Below, in pieces: positions 49,901 to 57,258 of a stretch of 64,000 bases of DNA. Each line of letters starts with the position of its first letter. Within the stretch, counting starts at the first letter, position 1. The notes below the pieces were generated by a model. That model was not told the origin of the DNA. It worked only from the letters and a program-made list of their open reading frames with translations, and ran no database searches. Source of the stretch: Bacteroidota bacterium (GTDB taxonomy: Bacteria; Bacteroidota; Bacteroidia; CAILMK01; JAAYUY01); assembly GCA_018698135.1 (NCBI GenBank), contig JABINZ010000010.1:18641-82640 (forward strand). The letters are read 5' to 3'. Position numbers and translations under genes: made by a program.

Positions 49901-51988
49901 TAGCGTATTACTATAGCTTGAAAGTAAAACTTCCGGTTTCTCGATAATAACTATTTGTCTAAATGTCGAATCCTTGCAACCATAAGCACTTTCAACATTC
50001 AGTTTAATGGCAAAAGTGTCAGGGCTTGAAAAGTGAACTCCAAAACTATCCGTTCCGCTTGTATCACCAATAGCATAGTCCCAACTGTAACTTAAACTTC
50101 CTGAACTGATTACAGAGCTATCCTGAAAGACAAAGAGGTTGGAAGCAAGACACTGGCTGGTATCGTTGATGGAAATATTAGCTTCTGGTAAAGGATGGAT
50201 TTTCACTTTGACCGTATCCTTCACTTCACAATTTGTTGTGTCAATTAGCGTAACACCGTAGTTATTAGGTGTTGATTCGGTGCAAGTAAGGCTATAGGAA
50301 CTTGAATTATTGTACCAGTTTACTGAGTTATAACAATTCGTATTTGTGATTGTAAAGGTAGTTGAATTCCCCGGACACACTGTATCAACATCAGCAGGAG
50401 AAAACACAGGACTAATTCCATACTTTGGCGAAATAAGGATGGTATCATAACCTTTGCATTCAGCAATTTGCGCCCTGACATGATATGTTCCGGGAGAACT
50501 AATAGTAATGCTTTGAGTTGTTGCATTCGTATTCCATAAATAGGATGCTGTTAGGTAATAGGCATTAAGTTGCATTGTTTTATTTAAACACATGGATGTA
50601 TCTGTTCCTAAATTGATATGAGGTTCAATGTCTAAGAATACAATACTTCGTGAAGTGGATGAAATATAGATGGTATTGATGCTTGGACTGTGTGATAATT
50701 CACTCAAACTATAGGATGCTGGAGTCAAACTTAAACTTGTTGTTCCTAGGCTGATTGTCCTAAAATTACAATTAATGAGGCCGTTAGCATCAGTACGAAT
50801 AAGATAAATATCCTCATCTGCTGAGTTTCCATTTCCAATATTAAAACTTTTTGAATGAGAAGGAATAGTCATGCTGTTATCACTGTTAACGAAAGCATTA
50901 TTGGTTCTATGCTTTTCGATACTATTTCCACCAAATTCTCTGGACCACTGAATATTACCATTATTGGAAAGCTTCAAGAATAATAAATCAGATTGGCCTA
51001 AACCATAGCTTTCCGTTCTCCCAACTAAATAAATCTGTTTGGATGAGATTTCCTGAATGAAAGATGCTTCATCATAACTACTTCCGCCATACGCTTTAGC
51101 CCACTTAACTATACCAAATGAGTCTGTCTTAAGAGCTATCACATCTGAATTACCACTTCCATAACTCGTTGTGCGTCCAGTAAGTAAAAAGCTGTCTCCA
51201 GTAATAACATTTCCAGAATAACCAAATTCTTCAGCTGTTCCTCCATATTTTTTTGCCCAAACTAACGATCCATTCTTAGCCGCTTTTAAAATTATAATAT
51301 CATGTTGGGTGCCATTAAAATAAGTTCCACCAATTAGTAAACTACCAGAACTCAATTCTGACACCATATGAGCCCAATCGTTATTCGTAGTCCCGTAGGT
51401 CTTAAGCCATAACAAGGAACCTGTTGGACTTATTTTTAGCAGCATCACATCTCGCCCTCCCTTCCCGTAACTATAAGTATACCCGGCAATTAAGAAATTA
51501 TTGTCTTGGGTTGCAATTATCTGATGAATATTCTCTTCACCACTACCACCGTATGTTTTAGTCCAGAGAATACTCCCTGAACCATTAATTTTACTGACTA
51601 TAACATCCTTATTTCCAGCGCCATAACTTAATGTGGTGCCAAGTACAAGATAGCCACCGCTGCATTTAACAATAGACACTCCATCATCATGTTGTGTTCC
51701 ACCAATGGTTTTCGCCCATATTAATGAGCCCTGCTTAGTCACTTTACAAACTAAAATATCTCTGCCACCATTCGTATAGCTTTCGGTATTACCCACAACA
51801 ATGTAATTGCTATCGTGAGATTGAATTATATCTTGTGGTACATCATTACTATAACCTCCTAATAATCGTTGAAAAGATTGAGCGTGTATGTGAAAAGAAA
51901 AAAATTGTAAAAGAAATAGCGTAAGGATGAAAATTCCCTTGTGTTTTTTCAAGTCCCTAAGTTTCAAGATGTCAGTAATAATCTTCAT
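40904..51988 (-). CDS. Giant secreted multi-domain adhesin-like protein (3694 aa). Three propeller-repeat blocks are separated by Ig-like Cys-containing domains; at least 20 PKD-like repeats, an FN3-like region and a T9SS type B C-terminal domain follow.
   Basis: Single uninterrupted ORF. The N-terminal propeller repeats are of the same family as the 533-aa neighbour. Ig-like domains carry Y.W.KNG...SG.Y.C motifs. PKD repeats match the consensus seen in the other two giants. C-terminus VPNSFTPNGDGLNDYF...IYNRWGEKMF...GTITLLR. Confidence 0.85.
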   Translation of the reverse strand: MKIITDILKLRDLKKHKGIFILTLFLLQFFSFHIHAQSFQRLLGGYSNDVPQDIIQSHDSNYIVVGNTESYTNGGRDILVCKVTKQGSLIWAKTIGGTQHDDGVSIVKCSGGYLVLGTTLSYGAGNKDVIVSKINGSGSILWTKTYGGSGEENIHQIIATQDNNFLIAGYTYSYGKGGRDVMLLKISPTGSLLWLKTYGTTNNDWAHMVSELSSGSLLIGGTYFNGTQHDIIILKAAKNGSLVWAKKYGGTAEEFGYSGNVITGDSFLLTGRTTSYGSGNSDVIALKTDSFGIVKWAKAYGGSSYDEASFIQEISSKQIYLVGRTESYGLGQSDLLFLKLSNNGNIQWSREFGGNSIEKHRTNNAFVNSDNSMTIPSHSKSFNIGNGNSADEDIYLIRTDANGLINCNFRTISLGTTSLSLTPASYSLSELSHSPSINTIYISSTSRSIVFLDIEPHINLGTDTSMCLNKTMQLNAYYLTASYLWNTNATTQSITISSPGTYHVRAQIAECKGYDTILISPKYGISPVFSPADVDTVCPGNSTTFTITNTNCYNSVNWYNNSSSYSLTCTESTPNNYGVTLIDTTNCEVKDTVKVKIHPLPEANISINDTSQCLASNLFVFQDSSVISSGSLSYSWDYAIGDTSGTDSFGVHFSSPDTFAIKLNVESAYGCKDSTFRQIVIIEKPEVLLSSYSNTLCEGLSFCLTDSVSGTTPFSYQWKKNGQVINGATSNTFCLSPLIASDSGIYKYVVENSCGNDSSSNIYLNIVQKPELSLVNENDFKSHKPYIKWQKCYGGSAHDYCFGLNRTTDNFFLFTGFTSSNDYDVSGNNGMKDYWAVKINDLGDTLWQKCFGGSGNEESKDILELYENHYFVTGFSEYGSISGNHGSHDAYSVLFDGNGTLKWQKCVGGSSTDQANCAEKINEYSIVIGGVTYSNNGDISGNHGSSDMWVFKLDKSGSLKWSTCIGGSVAEACYDIIVKDNYIYAIGYTNSSNGNITTSYGGMDILLSKLDTNGNLVWAKTYGGSGYDWGQGICVTHDGLALAGRTSSNNTFINNAKGAYDYFIIEIDTQGNILWKNRYGGSGNDEGWSIKQTQDNGFVFSGASASSDKDVSTNYGTIDYWVIKTNSLGKLEWEINLGGTSNDQSDEIVETKKKEYLVVGRSMSNNIDVSGNHGGNDVWIVKLEETYEKELCVNDSLFINVTADIPGNVNYQWFKNDSLIIGANSDVYSIAHVNLWDSGIYHCVASNMCSSDTLEDIFIYVHPTPVARFSIDDAEQCLHGNVFQFTNSTSINQNDSIYYLWSFGDNSTDSIKNTSHSYSTYDSLQVKLLAYTEFGCADSIEKNVIIRPSPVADFTINDTNQCLPSNLFVFEDSSFIGSGSLSYGWDYAICDTSGTDSFGVHYSSPDTFTIKLNVESAYGCKDSTFKQIVIVEKPTIVAQSQGDTLCEGESICFHVTCTGTKPFTFQWKKNGQNISGASDSFYCISNSEAANSGDYSCEVQNICGTDTSIIINLSVYQSPALHIIPTQSTTTEKPKLIWQKCLGGTSTDAAYSMVAVDDGYIIANTANSTNGQVTGNHGGTDIWIVKLDTASNIVWKKCFGGLYDDWAWSIIKARNEEAYVIAGYSSSSNGDLTKNNGDKDFWIFKIDSVGTLIWQKSYGGSDNEEAESVIQTLDGGYLVVGYSNSDDYDVANNNGYSDVWVLKLSASGNLEWSKVIGDNRNNIAYSVVQDNDSFLYISIATEIIFPKNIYLDLIKTDKHGNVIWKKTNPNNQFYNSWIFPICLTDNNKIAIGGINYLALLDTSGTWICNSPFFNGQAHSILIDQFRNYYIAGINTGTGVEGYKGNTDSYIAKLDKNLNLVWEHCYGGTYNDPALCLTKDKNGNIIFSGETGSTNGDVSNNNGNYDGWVVKLSETIYAEICERDSLILKVSSSGTEPIYYQWFKNGNAINGATSTEYIIPQTSLSDSGWYFCVANNMCGKDTLNQIQVIIHATPTVSFSINDNEQCLNENYFQFTNSTSINQNDSIFYLWSFGDNSIDSVKNTSHSYSAYDSLQVKLLAYTDFGCADSLEKGVIVWPSPIPAFSFNDSDQCLSNNLFVLNNSSTIGYGSLAYQWQFGDSSSTTLSAPTHSYNADDTFTVQLIATSNNSCKDTLTKEVIVFPMPDADFSVNDMDQCLSDNSFYFTDLSSISSGSINYIWYFGDNDTSNSQNATHSYLNFDTFTVKLMVVSGHNCWDSANTDVIAYPNPIAGFDVNDSSQCFYNNVFNFTNSSTIAYGSLAYQWQFGDSTSTTLSAPTHYYNSDDTFTVELKVTSDKGCLDSAYKKTYIHPMPQAVFSINDSAQCLINNQFSFNNSSSINSGTVSYNWDFGDYSGVSSATSPSYSYTFFDTFLVKLLVTSAMDCKDSAYKTTIVFPMPDADFFLNDSAQCFNNNVFSFSNSSSIPHGSLSYVWDFGDNTSTTLSSTSHSYSSDDTFTVSLLATSDQNCMDSAFKTTYVFPNPQISFSINDSDQCFFDHDYVFTNSSTIASGTQSYQWSFGDGDSAFTQNAQHCYDNPDTFTVNLIATSNLDCSDSLDKNIIVFPMPVSAFAIDDSSQCLEGNQFAFTNNSNIPSGNLTYRWDFGDNDTSHLENPQHSYSIFDTITVILITTSGEVCSDTTSRLLVVHPMPIADYFIWDTSQCFERNAFGFTNTSSIPYGTMTYYWRFGDGGIASLKDPVHSYMYPDTFDVHLLATSGNGCTDSTFGFIYIHVHPEPLAAFSINDSTQCLSNNLFEFTNSSTISSGSVDYIWYFGDTDSSNQTHVNHTYLNYDTLNVILLNISDWGCKDSTFKKVIIFPLPEPDFVIDSNSLCLENNLFEFTDTSSIPYGFYSPYWDFGDSTYSFVNNPSHIYSNPDTFEVKLILTSNQSCLDSISYPVYVHPMPNADFIIDDNDQCLYANNFSFTNLSNILSGSFSSFWDYGDGDQSSLEHANHSYLNWDTLTVELKINSAMNCRDSVSNQVVVRPMPVAEFYVNDSSQCLFANSFAFFNTSTVPYGSMSYLWDFRDSHIDTAQSPTHAFANHDTLSVKLLATTQFGCKDSIEQEMYVRPMPESDFSVNDSSQCLFGNDFIFTNQSSIYYGSLSYLWDFQDGITSIQISPDHVYKNYDTFSVKLLLTSNFNCKDSISKLMIVNPMPVADFSVDDSSQCLRSNNFNFTNLSVIPYGQLSYLWNFRDSTFSFAKDTNHMYQDYDNYLVKLIIESALACKDSTEKTLYVRPMPLTDFAINDSTQCLTDNQFVFTNKSLIGYGSLTYNWLFENGAFSTLANPDYSYQMDSSYSIRLISKSNYNCLDTLSKKIVVHPMPEADFSFSYACIADSIIFTDLSTVKNPDTVVAWSWDFKDGGSSILQHPLHTYYASGTYLTQLIVETDKGCFDSTTEKIVIYPDPDAPLIDRATVEEDEYVKIEWLPATQGRPETYVMEKSPDNFNFSHLKDFLPDEVEYNDLAVSVDDLSYTYRLYIIDSCQHLSPLSNIGKSILLKVDTTDQFPVLFWSAYEYWSQGVQEYQVMLSESVSGTYTYLNSVIDSPLSYTEQETNRNQSKYCYSIIAQRNLDNQVSVSNEVCIPTPFRLFVPNSFTPNGDGLNDYFEVKGIFITDFYIVIYNRWGEKMFESDNIENQWDGRFKEKACQLGDYYYHISARGTQTQKKFIKGTITLLR
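45073..45190. repeat. Second internal diverged duplication in the giant gene; partner copy at 45577-45694 (~85% identity by eye, ~504 bp apart)
   Basis: Shared run gaatgtatc.tctg.attata..aatgagttggagcact.agcgtagtcgaa.tgctatc.ccaaa.tgcca.tgata.gc... encoding GSLAYQWQFGDS.STTLSAPTH.YN.DDTFTV.L in both copies. Confidence 0.7.
45789..46030. repeat. Internal diverged DNA duplication within the giant gene; partner copy at 47974-48209 (~80% identity by eye)
   Basis: Aligned by eye: gaatctgcaca[ag]cc...tataagcca...cctgcaggct[ag]tcataag...tccaaagctccacaaata...gatgctgtcgtttt... The two copies encode the near-identical segments FSI[DN]D.EQCL...FQFTNSTSINQNDSI.YLWSFGDNS.DS.KNTSHSYS.YDSLQVKLLAYT.FGCADS. 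Confidence 0.7.
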
Positions 51989-52216
51989 TCAGATTAAATT
52001 TATCTTATACACCGTGTGAAACACCTATCTGCTTTTACCAAAAAAAATGCAAAAGAATAGAATATCAAAGAGAAAGCATCCATTATTTGATCATTATATC
52101 ATAAATAATAAAAGTTTAATTTAGTTATTTTAATTGATATAATAGAATTGAATATGTAGGATGACTATATCCGAAGAGGGTTGTTATGAATTGATGGATA
52201 ATTGAATGCAACAAAT

Positions 52217-52780
52217 TTATACATCCACTTTCAGCATATCCGTAAGCAAATGCAATAGCAATGCATGTCCTATTTCAACCACTCCATAGTCATTGGAGTT
52301 TAACCAAAAGTTATAATGGCCTAATTTCCTGAGTGGATTATCAGCTAAAAACCCTGAGAAGGTGATTACACCCGCATTTTTCTGCAAGGCTACTTGCACT
52401 GCATTCACAATATTTAATGAAGAACCCGAGCTGCTTACAGCAATTAAAACATCCTTTTCGCTAATCAATGTTTCCAGTGGCTTGCTAAATACCTGCTCAT
52501 AGCCATAATCGTTGGCAAAACAAGTAATTTGGCTATTATCAGTAAGCGGAACAGCTTTAATTTTACACGCATTGACAAAATCTACTGAGGAGTGAGAAAT
52601 AATTCCGCTACTCCCGCCATTTCCAACTAAATATACAGTTCCTCCAACATTTTTACAACTCTTAATCAATTCAGTTGCCTGATTATATGCACTCGTTATT
52701 TCGCAAGAAACAAAATTCTCTTTGCTTGCTTCTGCCAAGCTAACTGCTTCACTAAAATGATCAATGTATTGCTTAAACAT
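52217..52780 (-). CDS. gmhA: D-sedoheptulose-7-phosphate isomerase (SIS domain)
   Basis: 187-aa SIS-domain protein with the GNGGS and AVSSSGSS motifs typical of GmhA; adjacent to the heptose kinase/nucleotidyltransferase gene. Confidence 0.8.
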   Translation of the reverse strand: MFKQYIDHFSEAVSLAEASKENFVSCEITSAYNQATELIKSCKNVGGTVYLVGNGGSSGIISHSSVDFVNACKIKAVPLTDNSQITCFANDYGYEQVFSKPLETLISEKDVLIAVSSSGSSLNIVNAVQVALQKNAGVITFSGFLADNPLRKLGHYNFWLNSNDYGVVEIGHALLLHLLTDMLKVDV

Positions 52781-52784
52781 ATTT

Positions 52785-54314
52785 TCAGGTTAAAAGTGTT
52801 TTCAGATATTTCATTAAAGGTACTTTCTCAATATAGGATTTATTACCCAAAATTTTAACGGCCATTGCCCCTACAGCATTGCCAATAAAGACAATTTCTT
52901 CAGCGGGAACACCTATTTTAGCCAGCAAAGCTGTAACCGAAAGAAAAGCATCTCCAGCACCAACCGTATCGATAATTTCATTCGACAAAACTGGTGATTT
53001 TATAGATTTTTCATCCTCCAGCGTTCCAATAATCGCTCCTTCAATACCCAATGTTACAACCCCATATTTTGCCTTCACTTGTTGGATCAAATGCTTAACC
53101 GACTTCTCAATATCGGCATGTTTATCATGCATAGCCAGTCGGGCTTCTTCTCTATCAATTGAAAAATAATCACAAGAAGGATACTTGCTTAGTAAATTAT
53201 AGCCCATATTGGCACTGTTAGTTTGTGCATTAACCACTGTAAACAATTTCAGGTTTGCAATATGCGATACAATTTCACTATCAATGAGGCCATGTCCAAA
53301 ATCAGCAACAACTATCAAATCATAATTTTCCTCGCAACTTTTCAATTCATCGATAACTTTTTGTTTATCAGCTGCATTGAAAGGAGAGTCATTTATTTCA
53401 ATTAATTCGAACAGCTTGTGTTTGAAAACTTTGTCGACAAAACGTCTCTTCACAACTGTAGGTCGATCAGCTGTAAAAATTGCTTTCCACGAGACTTTCG
53501 GATTAAGTTTTTCCTTTATAAAGTCAAGGTAGTTTAGCTGCTCATTTTGACCATAATTTGCAATCAACCTGACCTCTTTTGCAAATCCAGCCATGTGGTT
53601 GGCAATGGCTAATACGCCTCCTCCATATAGCTCGGATTGAAGTTTACGTGCAGTTATTGTTGCAGATTTTGATGCCTTTCCCAAGGGATTAACGAATTGA
53701 TATTCATCAATAATAATATCACCAATAACCAAAACTTTTAAGTCCGAAATTTTATCAAAATAGCCGCTTATCTTTTCATACGACACCCGGCTTCTTAAAT
53801 CCGTTAAATAGTTTTTAATTTCTTCCGATGAATCTTCTAAGTGCCTATTAATTAAATTGGATGAGCTAAATTGGATTTCTTCAGTAAAAACCAGTTTGCC
53901 TCCAAATTCTTCTACCTTCTCTTTTTCTTCAATAATTCCTCCGGTAATATCATCCACTGCATTTTTATAGTCTTGCCCCTTTACATAAAAATCAGGTTTA
54001 ATGGCCTCAATAGCAGTAATCGCAGTTGGGAATCGATTTATAGCTACAAAATCAACATATTGCAAGGCAGCAATATTTTCTGCTCTCAACGATTCCGTAA
54101 ATATTGGTCTGTCTGGCCCCTTGTTCACATGCTTATCTTCAGTGATAGTGACTACTAAAATATCCCCGAATTTTTTAGCTGCTTCAAAATGTTTGATATG
54201 GCCTGGGTGAATTAAATCAAAAACACCATGACAATGAACAATTCTCTTCTTTTGTCCTTTTAGATCAGCAATCTTTTCAGAAAGCTCTTGCAGACTATAA
54301 ATCTTTCCTAACAT
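52785..54314 (-). CDS. Bifunctional heptose-1-phosphate nucleotidyltransferase / heptose-7-phosphate kinase (HldE-like with reversed domain order)
   Basis: N-terminal cytidylyltransferase-like domain with a HxGH motif (HCHGVFDLIHPGH). C-terminal PfkB/ribokinase-like domain with DTVGAGDAF. Confidence 0.75.
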   Translation of the reverse strand: MLGKIYSLQELSEKIADLKGQKKRIVHCHGVFDLIHPGHIKHFEAAKKFGDILVVTITEDKHVNKGPDRPIFTESLRAENIAALQYVDFVAINRFPTAITAIEAIKPDFYVKGQDYKNAVDDITGGIIEEKEKVEEFGGKLVFTEEIQFSSSNLINRHLEDSSEEIKNYLTDLRSRVSYEKISGYFDKISDLKVLVIGDIIIDEYQFVNPLGKASKSATITARKLQSELYGGGVLAIANHMAGFAKEVRLIANYGQNEQLNYLDFIKEKLNPKVSWKAIFTADRPTVVKRRFVDKVFKHKLFELIEINDSPFNAADKQKVIDELKSCEENYDLIVVADFGHGLIDSEIVSHIANLKLFTVVNAQTNSANMGYNLLSKYPSCDYFSIDREEARLAMHDKHADIEKSVKHLIQQVKAKYGVVTLGIEGAIIGTLEDEKSIKSPVLSNEIIDTVGAGDAFLSVTALLAKIGVPAEEIVFIGNAVGAMAVKILGNKSYIEKVPLMKYLKTLLT

Positions 54315-55158
54315 CAGCAGATTTTTTATTATCGTTCTTATTTTTCACATAGGTTGTGAAAGGAGTTGATCCATTTGTCATATGAGTGATGTATTTACAA
54401 TTATGTTGTGCTAGTATTTTTTCGCACTCTGTATAGGCTCTTTCTCCCTCTCCTATTCGATGATAGGTAGCTATGGCCATATTACGTATAACACCATCTT
54501 TTATGGTCTTTTCAGCACCCAATAAAAACTCAATTTCAGCAGATTCAATATCCGATTTAATAAAATCAATTTTTTTCAGTTTTCGTTCTTCAACAAACGA
54601 ATCGAATTCAACAACATCAAACTCAAACTTCACATCCTTATCGTAAATATTATTAAAACTACCAGAACTACCAGTTCCATAAAACGTTAATGTCGAATTT
54701 TCATTGTAAACGCCCTTTTTTATCAGGGTTATATTTTTCAGATTGTTCAATTCAATTAAATCTCTAATGAACTCATTATTGGCAGTATTGGGTTCAAATA
54801 CATACACATGACCAGAATCTTTGACCAAATGTGCCATATAAAAACTTACCGCTCCTAAAAAACCTCCCAAATCAACAACAACATCACCTCTTTTGGGAAT
54901 GTAATATTTAAAATAGTTCGAGAATTCTTCGTTAACAAAATAAAACAGAAAGCTTAAATACTGTTTATGTTTTCGATTGGGATTTAGCTTTATAGTAAAA
55001 CGTTCACCTAAAAAAGAAAAGGACACTTGATCTTTTCCATTGTAATCGATATGCAGCTCTTTCAATCCCTCATAGAGTTTTCTGTCTTGTCTTTTTACCT
55101 TCCAAAGTCTGATTTTGTGAAGGAATTTACTCTCCGGAAGAAAACTTGTTATAGCCAT
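54295..55158 (-). CDS. FkbM-family methyltransferase
   Basis: 287 aa; motif VVDLGGFLGAVSFY...VYVFEP is typical of FkbM-type SAM-dependent methyltransferases. Confidence 0.7.
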   Translation of the reverse strand: MAITSFLPESKFLHKIRLWKVKRQDRKLYEGLKELHIDYNGKDQVSFSFLGERFTIKLNPNRKHKQYLSFLFYFVNEEFSNYFKYYIPKRGDVVVDLGGFLGAVSFYMAHLVKDSGHVYVFEPNTANNEFIRDLIELNNLKNITLIKKGVYNENSTLTFYGTGSSGSFNNIYDKDVKFEFDVVEFDSFVEERKLKKIDFIKSDIESAEIEFLLGAEKTIKDGVIRNMAIATYHRIGEGERAYTECEKILAQHNCKYITHMTNGSTPFTTYVKNKNDNKKSADVRKDL

Positions 55159-55162
55159 ATTC

Positions 55163-56149
55163 TTATCCTAAATATTTGATCCAATCTTTTGTTGCCTCAT
55201 TAATACTTGCCGGATCCCACAGAGGTGCCTCTCGCCAATATTCAATAACTTCCAGCATTCTACCAACACCATTTTCCAAACTCACTTTAGGTTCCCAATG
55301 CAATAATCTTCTGATTTTTGCAATGTCTGCAAAGGTGCAATCAGGTTCTCCGGGTCGTTTTGGAATATAGGTTACTTCGCCTTCCAATAACTCAACAAGC
55401 CGATTAACACTATAGGTATTTCCACTACCAACATTCATAATTTCACCAGCCACTTCAGGATGTTCTGCTGCGGTAATACATGCATTCGCAATATCCGAAA
55501 CAAAGGTAAAGTCGCGGGTTTGTGTTCCATCTCCGACAACCGTATAAGGTTTGTTGTTTAGTTTTTGTGCCAGAAAAACGCCAAATACTGCACCATAGGT
55601 TCCTGAAGTTCTTGATCGTGGACCATACACATTAAAAAAACGCATACTTGTTACAGGCAAATTATAAATATGATGCCAGTTCATTACATATTGTTCAGCC
55701 AGATATTTGGTTGTGGCATATGGATATTGTGGTCTTATTTCAGCAGTTTCAGTAGTTGGGTATTTATCAGGTATCCCATAACAAGATGACGAAGCGGCAT
55801 AAATTAAACGCTTTACGTTGTGCTTTCTGGCAGCTTCCAAAACCGATACCGTTCCATTTACATTGGAATTATGATATAACATGGGCATTTGAATCGAAGG
55901 TACAATATCGGCTAATGCAGCAATATGAAATACCCAATCGACTCCTTTAAAAAAAGGCTCTATCTTTTCATGATTGGAAATATCGGCTTCAACAAATGTC
56001 AGGTTTGCATGATGTTCTAAATGTGAAATATTCAATAATCGTCCGGTACTCAGATTATCGATTACGATCACCTCATCCCCTCTACTTAATAATTCTTCAA
56101 CGATATGACTGCCAATAAATCCGCAGCCACCTGTTACTAAGGTTCTCAT
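55163..56149 (-). CDS. NAD-dependent sugar epimerase/dehydratase (extended SDR)
   Basis: N-terminal TGGCGFIGSH Rossmann motif and a catalytic YATTK (YxxxK); 328 aa. Confidence 0.8.
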   Translation of the reverse strand: MRTLVTGGCGFIGSHIVEELLSRGDEVIVIDNLSTGRLLNISHLEHHANLTFVEADISNHEKIEPFFKGVDWVFHIAALADIVPSIQMPMLYHNSNVNGTVSVLEAARKHNVKRLIYAASSSCYGIPDKYPTTETAEIRPQYPYATTKYLAEQYVMNWHHIYNLPVTSMRFFNVYGPRSRTSGTYGAVFGVFLAQKLNNKPYTVVGDGTQTRDFTFVSDIANACITAAEHPEVAGEIMNVGSGNTYSVNRLVELLEGEVTYIPKRPGEPDCTFADIAKIRRLLHWEPKVSLENGVGRMLEVIEYWREAPLWDPASINEATKDWIKYLG

Positions 56150-57249
56150 ATTTTATTCTTAAAAAATTCAATAATAGTATCGCATACATAATGCACTTGC
56201 TCATCGCTAAGTTCCGGATAAACAGGTAAACTCAATATTTTTCCCACTTGTGCTTCGGTAACCGGAAAATCTCCTTTTTGATAAGCTAACTGTTTTGCAG
56301 CTTCTTGAAAATGAATTGGAATCGGATAATGAACTTTACTTTCGATATCCTTGGCAAGCAAATATTCTTGCAGCTCATCTCGAAATTCAGTTTGAATAAT
56401 GAAAGTATGATATACTGCTTTTTCTTTGTTTGAGTCCATGGGGACTTTCACTAAATCTTTAATACGATCCTGATAAATAGCTGCAAGGTTTCTTCTTCTA
56501 TCTGTCCAATTTGCCAGATATTTCAGCTTTACATTTAATAAGGCAGCCTGCATTGCATCTAGTCGGCTATTTAAACTCCAATAAACGCATTCATCCCTAT
56601 TTTTCAAACCATGATTGCGCATGATCATCAGTTTATCATAATAAAGCTTATTATTGGTTGTAATAACGCCTCCATCACCGGCAGCCGATAAGTTTTTTAA
56701 TGGGTGTAGACTAAAACATGCTAGATGTCCGATACTCCCCACTTTTTTGTTTCCATAACTGGCACCAACTGCTTGTGCAGCATCTTCAATTACAATTAAA
56801 TTATGTGCATTTGCAATGTCCATTATGGCATCCATATCAGCTGGTCGCCCCGTCAGATGAACAGGCATTATTGCCTTGGTTTTTGGACCTATTAATTTCT
56901 TGATTTGCTCTGGATCAATATTAAAATCATCTCTTACATCGGCAAATACAGGAATTGCTCCTGCCAGTGCAATAGAAGAAGCCGAGGCCAAAAAAGAATT
57001 GGGTGCGGTAATTACTTCATCACCAGCTTTTATCCCTGCAACTTTCAAAGCTAAAACCAGTGCATCTGTTCCATTGGCAACACCTATTGCATAGTTTGCC
57101 CCACATATCTCGGCAAATTTCTTTTCAAAATCTGCAACAGTTTTTCCCAATATAAATTGACCGGTTTTTAAAACACTTTCAACCTCAGCCAATAATTCAG
57201 ACATAATTGGAATATGCTGTGCTGCTAAATTTATATATGGAACTTTCAT
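56146..57249 (-). CDS. DegT/DnrJ/EryC1/StrS-family PLP-dependent sugar aminotransferase
   Basis: 367 aa with family-typical motifs (GKTVADFEKKFAE, GANYAIGVANGTDAL, SFHPLKNL). Confidence 0.85.
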   Translation of the reverse strand: MKVPYINLAAQHIPIMSELLAEVESVLKTGQFILGKTVADFEKKFAEICGANYAIGVANGTDALVLALKVAGIKAGDEVITAPNSFLASASSIALAGAIPVFADVRDDFNIDPEQIKKLIGPKTKAIMPVHLTGRPADMDAIMDIANAHNLIVIEDAAQAVGASYGNKKVGSIGHLACFSLHPLKNLSAAGDGGVITTNNKLYYDKLMIMRNHGLKNRDECVYWSLNSRLDAMQAALLNVKLKYLANWTDRRRNLAAIYQDRIKDLVKVPMDSNKEKAVYHTFIIQTEFRDELQEYLLAKDIESKVHYPIPIHFQEAAKQLAYQKGDFPVTEAQVGKILSLPVYPELSDEQVHYVCDTIIEFFKNKI

Positions 57250-57258
57250 GAATATCGA

